A program made the translations under genes and the position numbers. DNA of 64,000 nt from the human T2T-CHM13v2.0 reference genome, Homo sapiens: the NCBI RefSeq assembly GCF_009914755.1, contig NC_060936.1; one strand, written 5' to 3'. Positions within the stretch are counted from its first letter, which is position 1, and each line of letters opens with the position of its first letter. Under the pieces are notes generated by a model. The model was given only the letters and a program-made list of their open reading frames with translations. It had not been told where the DNA came from and did not search any database. This document shows, one piece after another, positions 41,800 to 54,525 of the stretch.

Positions 41800-42420
41800 T
41801 TGCTCCAGCAAACTATCTTAGAATTCCTTTTTTGAAAGTGCTTTCGTAGTCTGCCTTTCCATGTGGGAAAAAATCAGTTCCATACTTTAGTCACATTTCA
41901 TGTTTAACCTGATGCCATATTTTTCAGCTTGATTACAAACCTTATTTACCAGCCTTAGCTTCACATGACCTTTGGCTATTTACATAAAATGCTATTTTTT
42001 AGCGTATGATATTTTGCTTTCATTTGGAACATTTGTAAGGATATGTTCAGATTCTTTTTTTTTATTATACTTTAAGTTCTAGGGTACATGTGCACAACGT
42101 GCAGTTTTGTTACATATGTATACATGTGCCATGTTGGTGTGCTGTACCCATTAAGTCGTCATTTACATTAGGTATATCCCCTAATGCTATCCCTCCCCAC
42201 TCCCCCAACCCCAAGACAGGCCCGTGTGTGATGTTCCCCTTCCTGTGTCCAAGTGTTCTCATTGTTCATTTTCCATCTATGAGTGAGAACATGCGGTGTT
42301 TGGTTTTTTGTCCATTGTAAGGATATGTTCAGATTCGTAAGGTGACACCGCTCACAAACCTCAGAGACCCTTTGAGCCACAATAAAACCATCGGGATTAT
42401 TGGAATGAGCGTTTCAATTC
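41800..42420 (+). mobile_element. MARNA-like mariner relic, interrupted by L1
   Basis: About 41937-41984 translates as KPYLPALASHDLWLFT, similar to the mariner PYSPDLAPxDFWLF motif. Confidence 0.5.
42055..42314 (-). mobile_element. Short 5'-truncated L1PA 3' end
   Basis: TTATTATACTTTAAGTTCTAGGGTACATGTGC; direct repeat TTGTAAGGATATGTTCAGATTC on both sides. Confidence 0.95.
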
Positions 42421-43204
42421 CTAAAATGAGTATGTGTCCCATACCCATATATACTGTCATTCTTAGTGCAACCTCCTTTTAGAGAGACTTTGGCACTTAA
42501 AGATGCACAATAAAGTAATAGGAATAGAGGTAGGGGGAAAATAGGTATGGGAATGGAGAGACAGTAGACATTTTAATTGTAGGAACAAAGGAACAAAGTG
42601 TAAAAATCCTATTTAAAAATGTTGCTAATAATCAATACTTCACAGTAAACAAAGTGCTTTTCATAGATTATAATTGACTAAATTCTCCAAAATAACTCTG
42701 AAATAGGTATTATGATTCCCCTGTCACACATTGTTTAACTGAAGTCAGATAAATGAAATTAAGACTAATGACTCAGATAGCCAAGTGAATGCAAAACCCA
42801 AAATCCAAACCTCAGCCCTTTATTATTTAAAACAATATCCTTTAATTTTACCATGCTTTTTTAGTGTATAACATCTATTTTGATAGTAATTTAAAATTAG
42901 CGGTTAGGGAAATATTTTGTGTGGTTGTTTTGTCATAAAATTAAAAGTCTGTTTAAATTGTTTCTTTAATATTTATTTGGTTGACCATCCGTGGAAAGCC
43001 ATGAAATGCCTACAAACACTTTAATACTAATTAATACAGACTGGTGTTTGTGTCATAAAGCTTTTTAATTTATTCTTATAGTATTTTGAAATTTGTTTCC
43101 ATGACTACAGCTTTCTAGCTAGATTACTTTTTGTCCCAATTATTCAAACTCGCTTAGATTTAAGCAAAAATAAAAATACTATTACATTGTCTGAGTCCCT
43201 CAAA

Positions 43205-43410
43205 CTAAATGTTTTAAAACTTAGTTGCTTAAAATAACATAAAGAAGTTGTTAAAATTCAGATCCCAGGCATAAAATAACATAAAGAAGTTGTGAAAATT
43301 CAGATCCCAGGGTACCAGGTGAGAAATGATTGTTTAAGGAGCCTAGAATGGGTACCAGGAAGTCAGCTTCTAGGCACCCTGATTGATCTGATACAGGTGA
43401 TCCTCAGACC
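43205..43410. mobile_element. MER5-like hAT relic with 42-bp tandem duplication
   Basis: GTTAAAATTCAGATCCCAGG...GATCTGATACAGGTGATCCTCAGACCACATGTTGAGAAA. Confidence 0.65.
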
Positions 43411-43689
43411 ACATGTTGAGAAATATTGCTCTTGAATTTTTATTTTTCTTTTTAATAGCTATTCTTTACTTTTGGATGCTGAAAACTTAGTTCTATAGCA
43501 AACCATATTATTCAGTAATAGTAATTATATAACTGAAACTTAGATCTCTTAACTGTGTATTTTCAGGTGATTCTTGTCTTTAAAAATTATTTATGATACA
43601 ATTACTTTAGGATCTCTGGCTTCTACTTTTAAGAGAGAATCAGAAGATAATTATTCTGAATTGAGAAATTGTCAACATATTTTAAGTAA

Positions 43690-44700
43690 CAAACATTAAA
43701 ACATATTTATTCTTATCAGTGGTTAGTGAAATGCAAATTAAAACTTAATTGACATACGTTTTTTGACCTCAGATTGGCAAAAAATAAATAGCCTAATAAC
43801 ATCTAGCTCTGGCAAGAGTGTGAGGAAATCACACTCCACAAATTCATTACTCATGGGAATGTGCATTATTGCAATATGTTTGGAAAGATTTTGTTAGAAA
43901 TGTAGTGATAGCTATTGGAATTAAAACTGTACATGCCTTTGACAAGATGTGTTTATATAATCATACGCACAAAAATAAGACTTTGTACCATTATATGTGC
44001 AAGACTGGGCTCTTAAAGCATTTTGAATGGGCCAAACAACAGCAATAATCAAAGAAAACCTTTTAATCAAAAGGAGAATTGCTGAATAAATTGTGGATTT
44101 AAAAGTTATTCATCTATTTAAAAAGAATAAGTTAGACATAGTGAATTGGATGAACGTTTATGACATATTTTAAGTAAAACAAAATTAGGTCACAGAGCAA
44201 TTTGTGTAATGTGCTTCATTTCTTATAAAATGACAAGAAACCTTAATATATTTTTACAGACTCTAGCTCCTGTGTTGTCCAACATGGTAGCTACAAGACA
44301 CATGTGAATAATTAAATTTACATTAACTAAAACTGAGTAAATATTTATAAATTATAACATCACTTTTTACCCTATAAATATATACAAGTATAATTTGTCA
44401 ATTTACAACTAAATAAAAAATAAATTTGTAAAGCTAAATACAATAGAAAATATAACTTCTCAGTCTCATCAGCTACATTTTCAGTGCTTGATAATTGCAT
44501 ATGACTAATGGTACCTTACTGAGTGGTAGGGACAGAACATTTCCACCGCCATAGAAATTTCCCAGACTGACATGCCCTAGAAAATTCTAGAAGGGTACAC
44601 ACTGAATTCATGAAGATGAGGAGCGGGAGAAGATTATTAGCATTTTATTTTACATTGCATATGATTGACTTGTTAAAAATCTGCATTCTTAATGATACAA
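43690..44700 (+). mobile_element. Old L1M 3' relic with nested MER33-like element (~44270-44575) and an L1MA terminus (~44350-44430)
   Basis: GAAATGCAAATTAAAAC...AGATTGGCAAAA (L1M); TGTCCAACATGGTAGCTAC...CAGAACATTTCCACC (MER33/MER3). Confidence 0.6.
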
Positions 44701-46058
44701 TTTTTAAATCCAATTAAGTAAAAGCAAAATAAGATATTTTGTTTACTTTATTCATTTGGGATGTGTTTTTAGAAGCCTCCACAGTGCTCATTAGAACAAT
44801 GTATACTATTTCTCTTTGTGATTAAATATTTGGCAATTCACTCAAGGTCTACTCTAAAGTTTAATTTGCTGTCTTTCTAAAGTGACAGGACATGCATATG
44901 ACAGAGCATTAGAAACACTTGGAGGACAAGAAAATATATAATCAAATTCTAACCTTTTCTTCTAGACTCAACTTTCTTCTTTCTCTGTCTCTCATGTAGC
45001 CAAGGACAGAGCTTTGCAAACTGTAAGCATTCAATATTTTTTTTCTGAGTTTTCATATGTATTTAGTTGACAAAGATAATTGGGCTCATATGTCTTATTT
45101 TTCTTTCAAAAATGCTGATGGAAAGCATAACTTGAGGGCATTTATTTTTGCTATTCTGCTCTTCACTTTCATTGTCTTCCTATCTAAGCTGTTAACTGAT
45201 ATTTATGAAGAGGTGCTCCCTACAAGTGTAGATGAATGAGTATAAAAGATAAAATGATGCATTCAGAAAAGGGCCCTGCCCCCACTACTTTGCTGTTGCC
45301 TCCTGACCAAAGGATTCCCAACAAGGGCTCTCATTCCACTGACATTGCCTTTACATGACATGGATCAGTGCATTCTGTCTGTAAAACTTTTTCCCTTTTA
45401 AAGCACAATGCAGTATATATAGGAATGGAAAGTTAGCTGTGATACTAGAGTTTAATCACTTCCTTATTACATTCATTCATGAAAAATAGAACATGTGTAT
45501 TGCCACAAAGGAAAGGATGTGTATGTTGAGGCATGAATATATCTAATACTAATGCACAACTCCTGTGCAGAATCAGGCCTTTTTTTTTTTTTTTTTTTTT
45601 TGGAGCAGATGAAAACCAAAGGACAATGGTTCTATTGCATTTGAATGAGAAACAGCCAACAAACCCTCAGCTGATATCCATGCTAGACAGAAGAGGAAAA
45701 CAAACAAATTTCATTTCATTTTGCAATCATCGTATGTGTGTTTTTTAATAGAAAACAAACTCATGAAACAGTGCCCAATTTTATGCATGTTGCTGCTTTA
45801 GTTACTATAAACACTGGTGAACTTAGAGTAGTTATCTGGAGTTTGCTTGTCTAAATATTGATCTAGTACGATTTGTTGATTGTTTGTCCATTTAAAGTAG
45901 ACTGTACAAAGTGTAAGGTGTGAAGGCTGATGTGGACCAGGATCTGTGAATTAGTTGCAGTGTATGCCAGTAGGGGCTGTTAGTGGTTTTGTTTCTTTTG
46001 AATTCCTGCATGCTGATTTAGAGCAGGTTAAAATGAAGACATGTTCCAAATACAGGGC

Positions 46059-46100
<42 letters not shown>
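46059..46100. repeat. (TAA)14 microsatellite
   Basis: Seen directly. Confidence 0.97.
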
Positions 46101-46103
<3 letters not shown>

Positions 46104-46826
46104 TTCTGCCCATACAGTTTCTATACTGAAATGAGAATTCCAGAAAAGGACCTATTGAAATCATCTCCTGAAGTCTATGATTGATTAATACCCAAATCTT
46201 CTCCAAATCCTGTATCAAGGGCTATTTATTCCAAATCTGGAATCAGGAAACAAATAACAAAGCAATGTTCACACCTAATCACATTTAAGCAAAAATAATA
46301 CTACAGATTCTATTTCTGTGGAGTCATAGAAAGCCTATTTTGTTCTTTTGAGTGCATTCCCTAAGGAGTATCTTTGGGAAAAACTAGAACAAACCTTCTC
46401 CCACCATTGTATTTTGGATGTACACAGCAAAGGAGTAAACAAACAAAGCTCTTCCTCTTTTTCTAAACTCTTTTTAGCTGTTGACAGAACTCTGTGGTTA
46501 CTGAGTTGATGAACACATTGATAAAGGTTTTAACAGGAGTTGTCCATGTTTAAACCCTGTATCTCTCATCATATGGTTGTGGTGTAATGTGGTACCTAGC
46601 CCTGAGATATCCTAAGTGATTGGAGTGAATGGATGACTCTCAGCATGTCATATCCTACAGGTTTGGATGATCACCACTAGCATTCCAAGGCTTCAGCCTA
46701 ATATGAAACGGATCTATGAATGAATGCCCAGCTAGGTATATAATCCTCTGCAGGCAAAATTTATGTTCACTTTAGGAGAATAAAAATCTAGAAACACAAA
46801 TAGACACATACACGTGTGCACACTCA

Positions 46827-46827
<1 letters not shown>

Positions 46828-46860
<33 letters not shown>
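46828..46860. repeat. (CT)n(CA)n microsatellite
   Basis: Seen directly. Confidence 0.95.
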
Positions 46861-47746
46861 AAGTAATGAGGAAAAGACATGTAAGAATCACGAAGGTTTT
46901 ATTTTTTTCGTCTCTGTTTAGATATAGCATCTAACATACCATAAATCATGGCCATTGGTTTTTTACTTAAAAGGTCATTGGATGTCCAAAGTTGCTAACA
47001 ATGGGCTTTAAGGCAACGTGGTTGATGGACAAGCTAATTAACACATTTTCAAAGAACTGAATATCCATAAGACATATAGCAAGAAGCTAATTTTGTAGTG
47101 TCTGAAATAATGTAAAACCAATGTAAACACACACAGTAATACATTATTCTTGCACGTACTGAAGAGAAGGAATGAGTTAACCATAGTACCAGAGTGATAA
47201 TAAGCAGTCCAAAAATGTATTAAGCAAATTTTGTATGCAGCCTGTTTTAATGAGTGCTTCATGGAATTGAAATAACAAATAGGAATCATTTTCTAACCTA
47301 AGATATTTATAATGTACTTGAAGGAACAAACTAAATATGCAGAAAGCATTTTGAAAATAATCACCAAATAATGTGGACTTTTTCCTTGCTACCAATAAAT
47401 TCAAGTTTCCCAATCCTAAAAATAAAAACTATATCTTCTTTGACACCATAAATTCCTCGTGTTATTAGAAAAAGGAGCACACTAAAACAGAATTTAGCCT
47501 GATTAAAACAAAATTCTTAAGGTACTTCTTTTCTTCTCATATTAGTTTTCAGAAATTTGACTCCTATAGTTAAGCAATGTCCTTCAATGCAAATATAACA
47601 ATGGCTAAGAGATTCATTATGTATATACACACACATACATTTACATTTATGTATTTTAGTGTTTTGATTCATGTGCAACTAACTATAATAGTGTTACAGC
47701 AGGTCCTGTTGAGTAATCTCCAGTTTTTTCTCACTAAAGAATTAGT

Positions 47747-48027
47747 AGTTAGATAGAAGAAATAAGTTCTAATGTATGATAGCAGACTAGGGTGACTATA
47801 GTTAGCAAAAACATATTGTATATTTCAAACTAGGTAGAAGAGAGGACTTGAAATGTTACCAACACACAGAAATGATAAATATTAAAGGTGATGAATACCC
47901 CAAATGCCCTGACTTCATCATTACACATGCTATGCATGTCACCAAATACATGTACGCCATAAATACGTAAAATATTATGTATCAATAAATCAACAATAAA
48001 ATATAGACTCTCCCATAAATAAAAAAA
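47747..48027 (+). mobile_element. L1MA 3' end, 5'-truncated
   Basis: TAGGGTGACTATAGTTAG...GAAATGATAAAT...ATTATGTATCAATAAA; TSD-like AAAGAATT(A/G)GT on both sides. Confidence 0.85.
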
Positions 48028-48989
48028 GAATTGGTGAGAATCCTGAAGTATTGAAGCACTATTACCTTGACCTGAAGTCAAAGTAATAGTCTTTGTCCCC
48101 AGTCTGGTCTGTATTATTTTCTCACTCTCTCCGAATACACTTACACATGCTGTTTGTGTTGGTATGTCCACATCTTACTTTTTGGTTTTACTTTTAAAAG
48201 TGTCCATGTACTTTTATAAGTACAGATTCTAAGACATGCATTTCCATCAATTGATTTTAATGAGTACCTTGCTTTCTTTTTAGGATCTTCGCAAAATACT
48301 AGTAGTTTCATTTTCTAAATACAGTGACTGGCTCTAGCTTACTATTTCTGAAGTCTAACTGTTCCTTGATGCTTTCTCTTTAATAGCTCTGTTCTTCCTC
48401 CCAGATCACTATTCTCCATTATCTTGCCCTTCCACATGGCAACTGGGAAAGGGCATCTATTTAAAAATACTTAATATCCTTTTTTTAAACAACAGAAATA
48501 TCACTTCTCATGTGAAATAGATGCAGCAAAAGAATATGGCCGGCATGAGCAGTAAATAACACATCACATATCAAAGAAAAGTCCATCTGGGAAATATATC
48601 AAAATAGCCATGCACTTTTATTGACATTTCAAGACAAAAAAATAACATGGAACCCCAGCTCTTCTTTCATGTCTGTACATTTGTTTAACTATAGCTTGTG
48701 CCTACAGAGGTAAGCCTGGGAAGAAAAGGAAGCAGTTTTCTTTGTTGTTTTTTTTTTATTGCTATTGTTGCTTTTAATATTAGGCAGCTTAGTTATATTT
48801 CAGAAATAGAAATCTAGGTAATAAGTCAGGAAGAAAGCTTGGTATTAAAGGATGCAATCTAGCACACTGCTATATTGACAGAAGGTAGAGCGGTCTGGAA
48901 GTGTCTGCCAGCACCTGATATATTGCACTGCCAACAGAAATGGGAAAGGAATTAACATTTTTAAGTGCTTACTAAGTGAAGCACCATGA

Positions 48990-49443
48990 AGTGGTCATCA
49001 TTACCTTTCAACCCAACTGCCACGTCCTGCCCAGTTTTTCTTTTGCCCTCCCCACACAAAGAAGAAAAATACTTAATATTCATTTACCCAGTTTTGCCTC
49101 CAACCCAGACATAGTTTTGTAACCAAGTGAAGGCTATTGGTGTCAGAAGGGATACTACTGGCCATCTGGGAAGGATTCTCCCTGATAAGAGACATTCAAA
49201 GATAAATGCCCACACTTCTGCTTTGGACATTGTCATATAAGGCTGTTACAGCTGGAGCTACTGCAGTCAAGAGAATCACAGAGAAATTGACCTACACCTC
49301 TGATGCCATCCAGCTCTTGCACCAACCCAGAGAATCCCTGCCTCTGCATTTATTGTTCTTGGATAAAAATAAACTCCTCGAGTTGAAGTCATTTGCTGTT
49401 GAAAATTTTGTTTCTGGCGGTCACATGCATCCTAACTGAACAA
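48990..49443 (+). mobile_element. Old MLT1 solo LTR inserted in a MIR (~48950-49650, minus strand)
   Basis: AATAAAC...CATCCTAACTGAACA 3' end; MIR core TTTTAGAGATGAGGAGACTGAGGCT downstream. Confidence 0.65.
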
Positions 49444-50989
49444 CATTGTGCCAGGTACTTGTGATATGATCCCTTTTGATGCTTATAATCATCCTGTTAG
49501 CTAAGCATTATTCTTTTATTTTAGAGATGAGGAGACTGAGGCTTAAAAAGATGGAGGGACTTGTCCAGTGTCCCAAAGTTCTTATGTACAGAAGTCAGAG
49601 TTTGAATCCCTGCGCCTGTGCCTGAAGCACCTGTGTATCTCCACTTACTCATTTTCTGCCATTCTATCACATTACACTGCCTCTCTGTACAGCAAATATT
49701 GACTGACTGAGTTAGTATTTCAATCTGGCAGGGAGAGTGTAGGCAGGTATGTCTGTTCTGAGACCGTGGAAAGCACCATAAGAAGTAAGGATTGATCACA
49801 AAGACAATTTTTGTTGCGAGACATTCAAAAAACTAAGAATAATTTTAGATATGTTTCTTTTAGGGTAAGAAGGCTGAGGCATACGTATTCTCAGCTATAA
49901 TTAAATGTGGGTTCACAAATAGAAACTTAGCTTTGCAAATATTATTTGGAGACTACATGACTGCAAGACTTTCCACCACACATTTCATCTTCATTAGGGC
50001 TCTCTTGCCTGGTCCTCAATCCTCTAGTTTCTCACAAGTTCCACTTTGGCTGGAATGATTTTGAAATCTGCCTCTAGTAAATGCTGAATGTTTTCAAGTC
50101 CTCCCGATTTGAAATTCTACAGGATCCCTGTAAAATGGGAGGGAGAGTACTAAAGAAGGGCAGAGGATATAATATTTCTTTTTCAATACTGGTTGAATTT
50201 TTGAAGGGATTTGTTTCAGCAAATTCTGAGATCCTGGCAAGTAACATTGGTTTATTTGTGTGTGATAGCCCTTTTCTAGATGATATTTTGGAAGATGTAA
50301 GATTTTCCTGGTGGTTTCTCTTTCTCTTTGCTCTCCCAAATGAGGGGACCGCTTTCTCATTAGCCTGAATATTGAAAATTTCAAAATGCCTGTTGGGCCT
50401 CTTTTATTTGCACCAGCCATATTCTTACTGCATAGAAGTCCTCCTTTGAGAATTTTTCTTTTCTCCCCCTTTCTTCCTAAACCTCATCTGTAATGCCCTC
50501 TGGGCATTACATAATTTGAACTAATGTGTTTCTAGTGATTCAAATATAAATTATTAGATCATGTACATGTACAAAGTTATACATTCTCAAGACCTTACTC
50601 CAGAGTAATAACTTCCTTGTTTTGGGAATTTCAGCCCAAGTCAGAGAGTTTCTCTAAGGGAGCCAAAATGATGCCACATGGGCATTTGCTTTCTATACCA
50701 GCCAGCCCTAGAGTTTGGCGGTGTGTCCAGGAGCCTTAAGACAAAAACCAGAAAGTGAACAGGAAAATATATTACTATAGTGTATTCTTTAATAAGAAAT
50801 CGATTCTTGGGAAAACATTGGCTTAAGAAAGGCTTTATAAACTAAGCTAGCCACTGTTAATTTCCTAAACTCACTAAATTAACATTAAAAGCAACCAGAG
50901 TGGAAAAAACAAATAAACAAATCCGATTCTCACTGTTTCTAGACCAAGTCCCTAATATCTGTTAACCGGAAGTATTGAGGTAATTTAGT

Positions 50990-51632
50990 GGTCTCTCCAC
51001 TTTTACACTTACCAGTACACACCTCTTCTCAGTCGAGTCTCAAAATAGCAGCCTGAATTATCTATACCTCTAAAAATGAAATGAAATCAAGACATGCCTC
51101 TGCTCAAAATCCTTCAGTGTTTCTTCTGCTCAGTCAGGATAAAGGACAAATTTCTGACAATGGCTTCACGGCCTTCCTTTGCTCTCACCCGATTCCTTCT
51201 TCATCCCCATCTTCTAGTCTCTTCTGCTACTCCAATCACACTGGCTTCCTTCTCTTCACAGAAACATCAGGCACACTTCTGACTCAGCCGTTAGTTACTT
51301 CCCTTGCTCAACTGCTATCTTCTCGGTGAAGGCCCTGTAATCATGCTATTTAAAATGTCAAAACCCCCATTGACCGAATGCCCCTCCCCAACACTCTGTC
51401 CCCCTTCCCTGCTTCATTTTCTCCAGAGCATTCCATAGTAAATATCACATACTGTACATTTGACTTGTTTATTTGTTATTTGTTTTCTTCCTGTTGTGTT
51501 GTCCCAGATCCCTGACTAGAACGCAGCTCTGTGAGGGGAGAAGATTTTGTCTATTTATTTATTTATTTTAATGCTGTATGTACAGTGCCTGTTACATATT
51601 AATTCTTCAATAACTATTTGTAAAATGAATAA
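50990..51632 (+). mobile_element. L2 3' region
   Basis: CTCTGCTCAAAATCCTTCAGTG...TCAATAACTATTTGTAAAATGAATAAA. Confidence 0.75.
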
Positions 51633-51644
51633 ACTTTCCACCTG

Positions 51645-52150
51645 CCTAGTTAGTCAGGTGGAACAATTTATAGTTGTAAAACTACAATATTACTTGGTTC
51701 TAAATAACTTAAGCAGAGAAATAATTTATTGAAATGAGATTGGAAGGCCAAACAACCAGACTCAGAAAACCCCTGAGGCTAAAAAACTTCTCAGGAATTA
51801 AAGGAGCTGGGCAGCAGGACACCTAGGCATGGTCTGGGGGCATCCTCACCCTGGATCATCCTCATTCATCTTCAGCTAAGGACATGCCCAGGGTTTCTGC
51901 ACTTTATCCTCATCACCATGAGCAATTTCTAAGTGAAAGTATGCATCTTTGCATACTTCCTCTAGAGCTGGTGTGTCTGTGCCAGGCCTAGGTCATGTGC
52001 CAACAATCCAGCCATTAATGGCCAGGAGAGATAATATGTAACCCTTGTCAACTGCCAAGGGGAAGGCTGAGTTTCGCTCCCCACCAAAATGTGAATAATG
52101 AGGGATTCTTTGACATATGAACAGATTTAGATCATGAACAGCCAAAAAAC
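51645..52150 (-). mobile_element. Old MLT1 solo LTR
   Basis: TAACTTAAGCAGAGAAATAATTTATTG and CCAGGCCTAGGTCATGTGCC motifs. Confidence 0.6.
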
Positions 52151-52646
52151 AAAACACATACAAAAATGCACCTAATTTTAATCTATAATTATACATAAAA
52201 AGTGCCTTTTATTTGCTTTATTTTGTTTTTCTAGTTATTGATTTTAAATTTTCCTAGTGATACAAAATAGGTATATTAGCTCATTTAATGACTTTGGCTA
52301 GAGAAAATTAACACTAAGCCATACCAAGGTAATAAAAATTTTAGCCAGACCTCGATTTTTCCCTTGACACAGCCTATAATTTGTGGTCTATCAGTATTTA
52401 CTCATTAGAAGAAGAAATGAGTGAATTGAGGGCCTTCAATGACCTATCTGATCTCTTCAGAGTAAACTTTTATGCAAAGGCTAAGAAGATATCTTTTGTA
52501 TTCACTGAATTTGCATAATAAAATGAACTGCATCAATGGAAAGCAGATGCTCATCTGACTAAATCATTACTCATCCTATTCCCCACAGGGAAACAGTCAT
52601 GCATAGTATTGAACTAGAGTTCAGATTTATTGCACAACTACTTTTA

Positions 52647-53180
52647 TTTGGTATGGGAGTGTTCCAAAGATGAAAGCAACAAGCCCTCCCATCCTACAAG
52701 TCCTTTTTCAATATGACTTCTCTATTGATCTCATCAGACTCACTGAGTCTGAGTTGGCCCTGGTGACTTGCCTTAACTCATAGAATGTTGTAGAGGGGAC
52801 ATATGTAACTCTCAGGCCTAGTCCTTAAGATGCTGTGCAGTTCCTCATCTTGACCTCTCTCAGAAGCCAGCTACCATGTAAGGAAGCCTGGGTTATGCAC
52901 CTGGGGAAGTAACATGGGAAGAAAGGCCCTGGAGGATGAGAGGCACCACACACAGCAGTCAGCATCAACTGCCATACAATGTGAGTGGGGCCATCTTGGT
53001 GTTCCATCCTCATTTGAGCCACCAGTGGAATTTAGTCACATGATCAGCTCAGTTGATACCTTGGGGAGTAGAGGAACCAACTCTCTGACCCAGCCCATGT
53101 GCAAAATCATAACAAATAATAAATTGTAGTCTCAAGCCAATATGTTTTGGAATGGTTGGTTATACAATAAATAGCTCAAA
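52647..53180 (+). mobile_element. MLT1G/H-like solo LTR
   Basis: GTGACTTGCCTTAACTCATAGAATG...CCAGCTACCATGTAAGGAAGCC...AAATAATAAATTG...GTTTTGGAATGGTTGGTTATAC. Confidence 0.75.
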
Positions 53181-54329
53181 TATTTAGAATATAAAACTTT
53201 TGTGAATTTAATGACATTAAACTTTTTTTGAAAAACCATTAGGAAATAACTACTTTCCTTTGGGCTAAGGAAGAATGCAGTAGGTAAAAACTGGCTCCAG
53301 TTGAGCTATACTTATCAACACATCCCAAGCCATTTCTATCCTAGTTCCAACATCCTGGGCAGGAGTGATATCATCTACTTCCCCCAAGGTCCACAGTAAC
53401 TTATCTGACCAGTAGATCCTTCTCTAATGTCTGAAGGTGTCTTTTAGCTTCTATGATGAATCAATGCTCTAACAAAAAAGGCAGACAGGACTGCTCTCTG
53501 ATGATGTAGATGTTTTGACTGCTTTTAAGAGATACTGATTCCTTTTTTCTCAGCCTGCATTCTTCCCTCTCCTTCCACTCCTTAACTCTACAATGGAATC
53601 TTTTAGTTATGTATACAGTGAGAATTTTAGTCTAATTTGATGGCATATGCATGGCAACAGTAGGATGGTGGAGAAGAGATTTGGGCACAAATGATTCTAC
53701 CATGTTGGAAGTACTTTTTTTTTAAACATTATACTTTATAGCAAATTTCACAACAGCCCCAAATTTCAGAACTATTCCAGGTAGCCATTTCAATGAAGTT
53801 TGGATATCAGACATTTAATTTAGATTCAGTCAATATTATAATAAAATAATAATGCTTAGTTATTAATTTTTATTTTTTTAATTTATTTTGAATTACTTAA
53901 AATATTTAGTCTCTGATGTTTTGCTATATTTCTTTTTGTTTGTTTTTATTGTGATCAAAACACTTAACATGAGATCTATCTTCTTCACTATATTTCTTAA
54001 AGCAAGTTTTATATCCATTGTTTCCAGAAAGTTTCTGGTGCAGCTACACTTTCAGATATTTTTTAAAGCACCCAATAGTTATGTTAAAGAGATAAACTTA
54101 AGTAACATTATACATTTCAGTGAGGCCATTTTTTAGAAATTGAACTATGATCTTCATAGTGAGTTTTTGCTTATGTACCTAGATGACGCTAATATCAATT
54201 AAGAAACAAATTGTTATTGCACATCTACAAGGCACCAGTTCTAGGAAAGGCAATTTGAAAAATATGTTAGAAATATTAGATGTGGTTCCTCCCATAAAAG
54301 AGTTAACATTCCATTCAAAGTAGAAAAGC

Positions 54330-54525
54330 CTTAAACAAGATATGATGACTGTTAAGAATAAGAAAGTGCCTGGGTTCAGGCTCCACTCTACCACTTTAGG
54401 CAAGTACTACTCAGTGCCTCGGTTTCCTCCTCTGTAAAATGAGGTAATACTATTACTTATACCATAGATAATCCATGTAAAGTGCTTAGGGACATAATAA
54501 ATATTCATTCATGTAAACCTTTATT
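54330..54525 (+). mobile_element. MIR
   Basis: GTGCCTCGGTTTCCTCCTCTGTAAAATGAGG core. Confidence 0.75.

Noticed and set aside
50081-50420. Overlapping 95-aa (+) and 108-aa (-) ORFs in unique DNA
   Set aside because: No recognisable domain or coding-exon structure; the lengths are compatible with chance.
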